Assembly (NCBI GenBank): GCA_963514005.1
Contig: OY740799.1
Span: forward strand, 33,232,001-33,296,000
DNA: 64,000 nt
Source of the DNA: Raja brachyura
Lineage: Eukaryota
Reading direction: 5' to 3'
Positions 63,402 to 64,000 of this stretch are shown in pieces. How positions within the stretch are numbered: position 1 is the stretch's first letter; each line of letters starts with the position of its first letter. The notes under the pieces were generated by a model. That model ran no database searches and was not told the DNA's origin. It was given only the letters and a program-made list of their open reading frames with translations. The translations under genes and the position numbers were made by a program.

Positions 63402-64000
63402 TAGGGGGCGCCGTCCAGTTGGTATGGCTGCCCAGCCTGCAGCTGTCTGTTTTTTAACTTCTTTCTTTTATTTTTAGTGAGTTTTAGTGTTTTGTTTTGG
63501 AGTTCTCGTCTTTTTTATGTGGGGGGAGGGGGGGGGAAGGTGGAAACTACTTTTCAGGGTCCCTACCTGGTCGGAGAAGCGGCTTTTCTCCGGGCTGCAA
63601 CTTCGACCCGTCCTCGCAACCTACCAGCGGGCCTCGAGCGGCGTTTCCTGAGGGGACTGCCCAGAACCTCGGCTTCGGCAGCGGCTCAGCGCTGGAGCGC
63701 CATTGGGGAGCGGAGCGGGCGATACCGTGCCTGGGTCGCCGCGCTGGAGCTCCGGAATACTGAGACCGCAGGTGGACATCGCGGAGCTGCGGGACTGTGG
63801 AGCGGCCAGCTGCGGGCGGCAGCACTGAACTTTAACATCGGGAGCCCGGGATCTCTCGGTGAGATCACCAGTTGTGGAGCTCCATCCAACTTCGGAAGCC
63901 ACGGACTCCAGTAGGGAAGCGGCCATTCCAGGTGTCCCAAGCCGCTGTGAGGACTCTCCCGACGCCGGAGCACCAACACCCGGCGAGAAGGCCTAAAACA
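63402..64000 (+). mobile_element. GC-rich interspersed element, related to 1487-2253, running off the window
   Basis: AGGGGGCGCC...T-rich tract...TTTTTATGTGGGG...G-run shared with the reverse complement of 2060-2247. Confidence 0.65.

Overview
Eukaryotic, AT-rich, intron-containing vertebrate DNA. The repeat landscape (V-SINE/HE1-like SINEs, CR1, Penelope-like fragments) suggests a cartilaginous fish, probably a skate or ray; this is an inference. The whole window lies inside one + strand gel-forming mucin gene (MUC2-like); its 5' part and last exon(s) are outside the window. Bases 1-42.8 kb encode the central CysD/PTS region. This region is not one giant exon: I count 7 CysD exons (348 nt) and about 48 Thr-rich symmetric phase-1 microexons (39-93 nt). 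They sit in two near-identical tandem arrays, unit A (6484 bp, about 2.8 copies plus a diverged transitional copy) and unit B (5266 bp, 4 copies, each carrying the same dead Passport-like Tc1). Bases 43.6-62.9 kb hold 12 single-copy exons that splice in frame into D4N-VWD-C8-TIL-VWC and the start of a cystine knot. Notable points: (1) a cassette-type PTS architecture showing exon birth, fusion, loss and acceptor sliding; (2) A- versus B-type CysD exons differ at 19 non-synonymous but only 2 synonymous-only codons and B gains a His cluster; (3) an in-frame Gly/Ser repeat of about 110 aa sits inside the C8 module; (4) GDPH is replaced by GGRH; (5) intronic Penelope-derived elements carry minimal hammerhead-ribozyme motifs. 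All coordinates were read by eye; no alignments or database searches were run.
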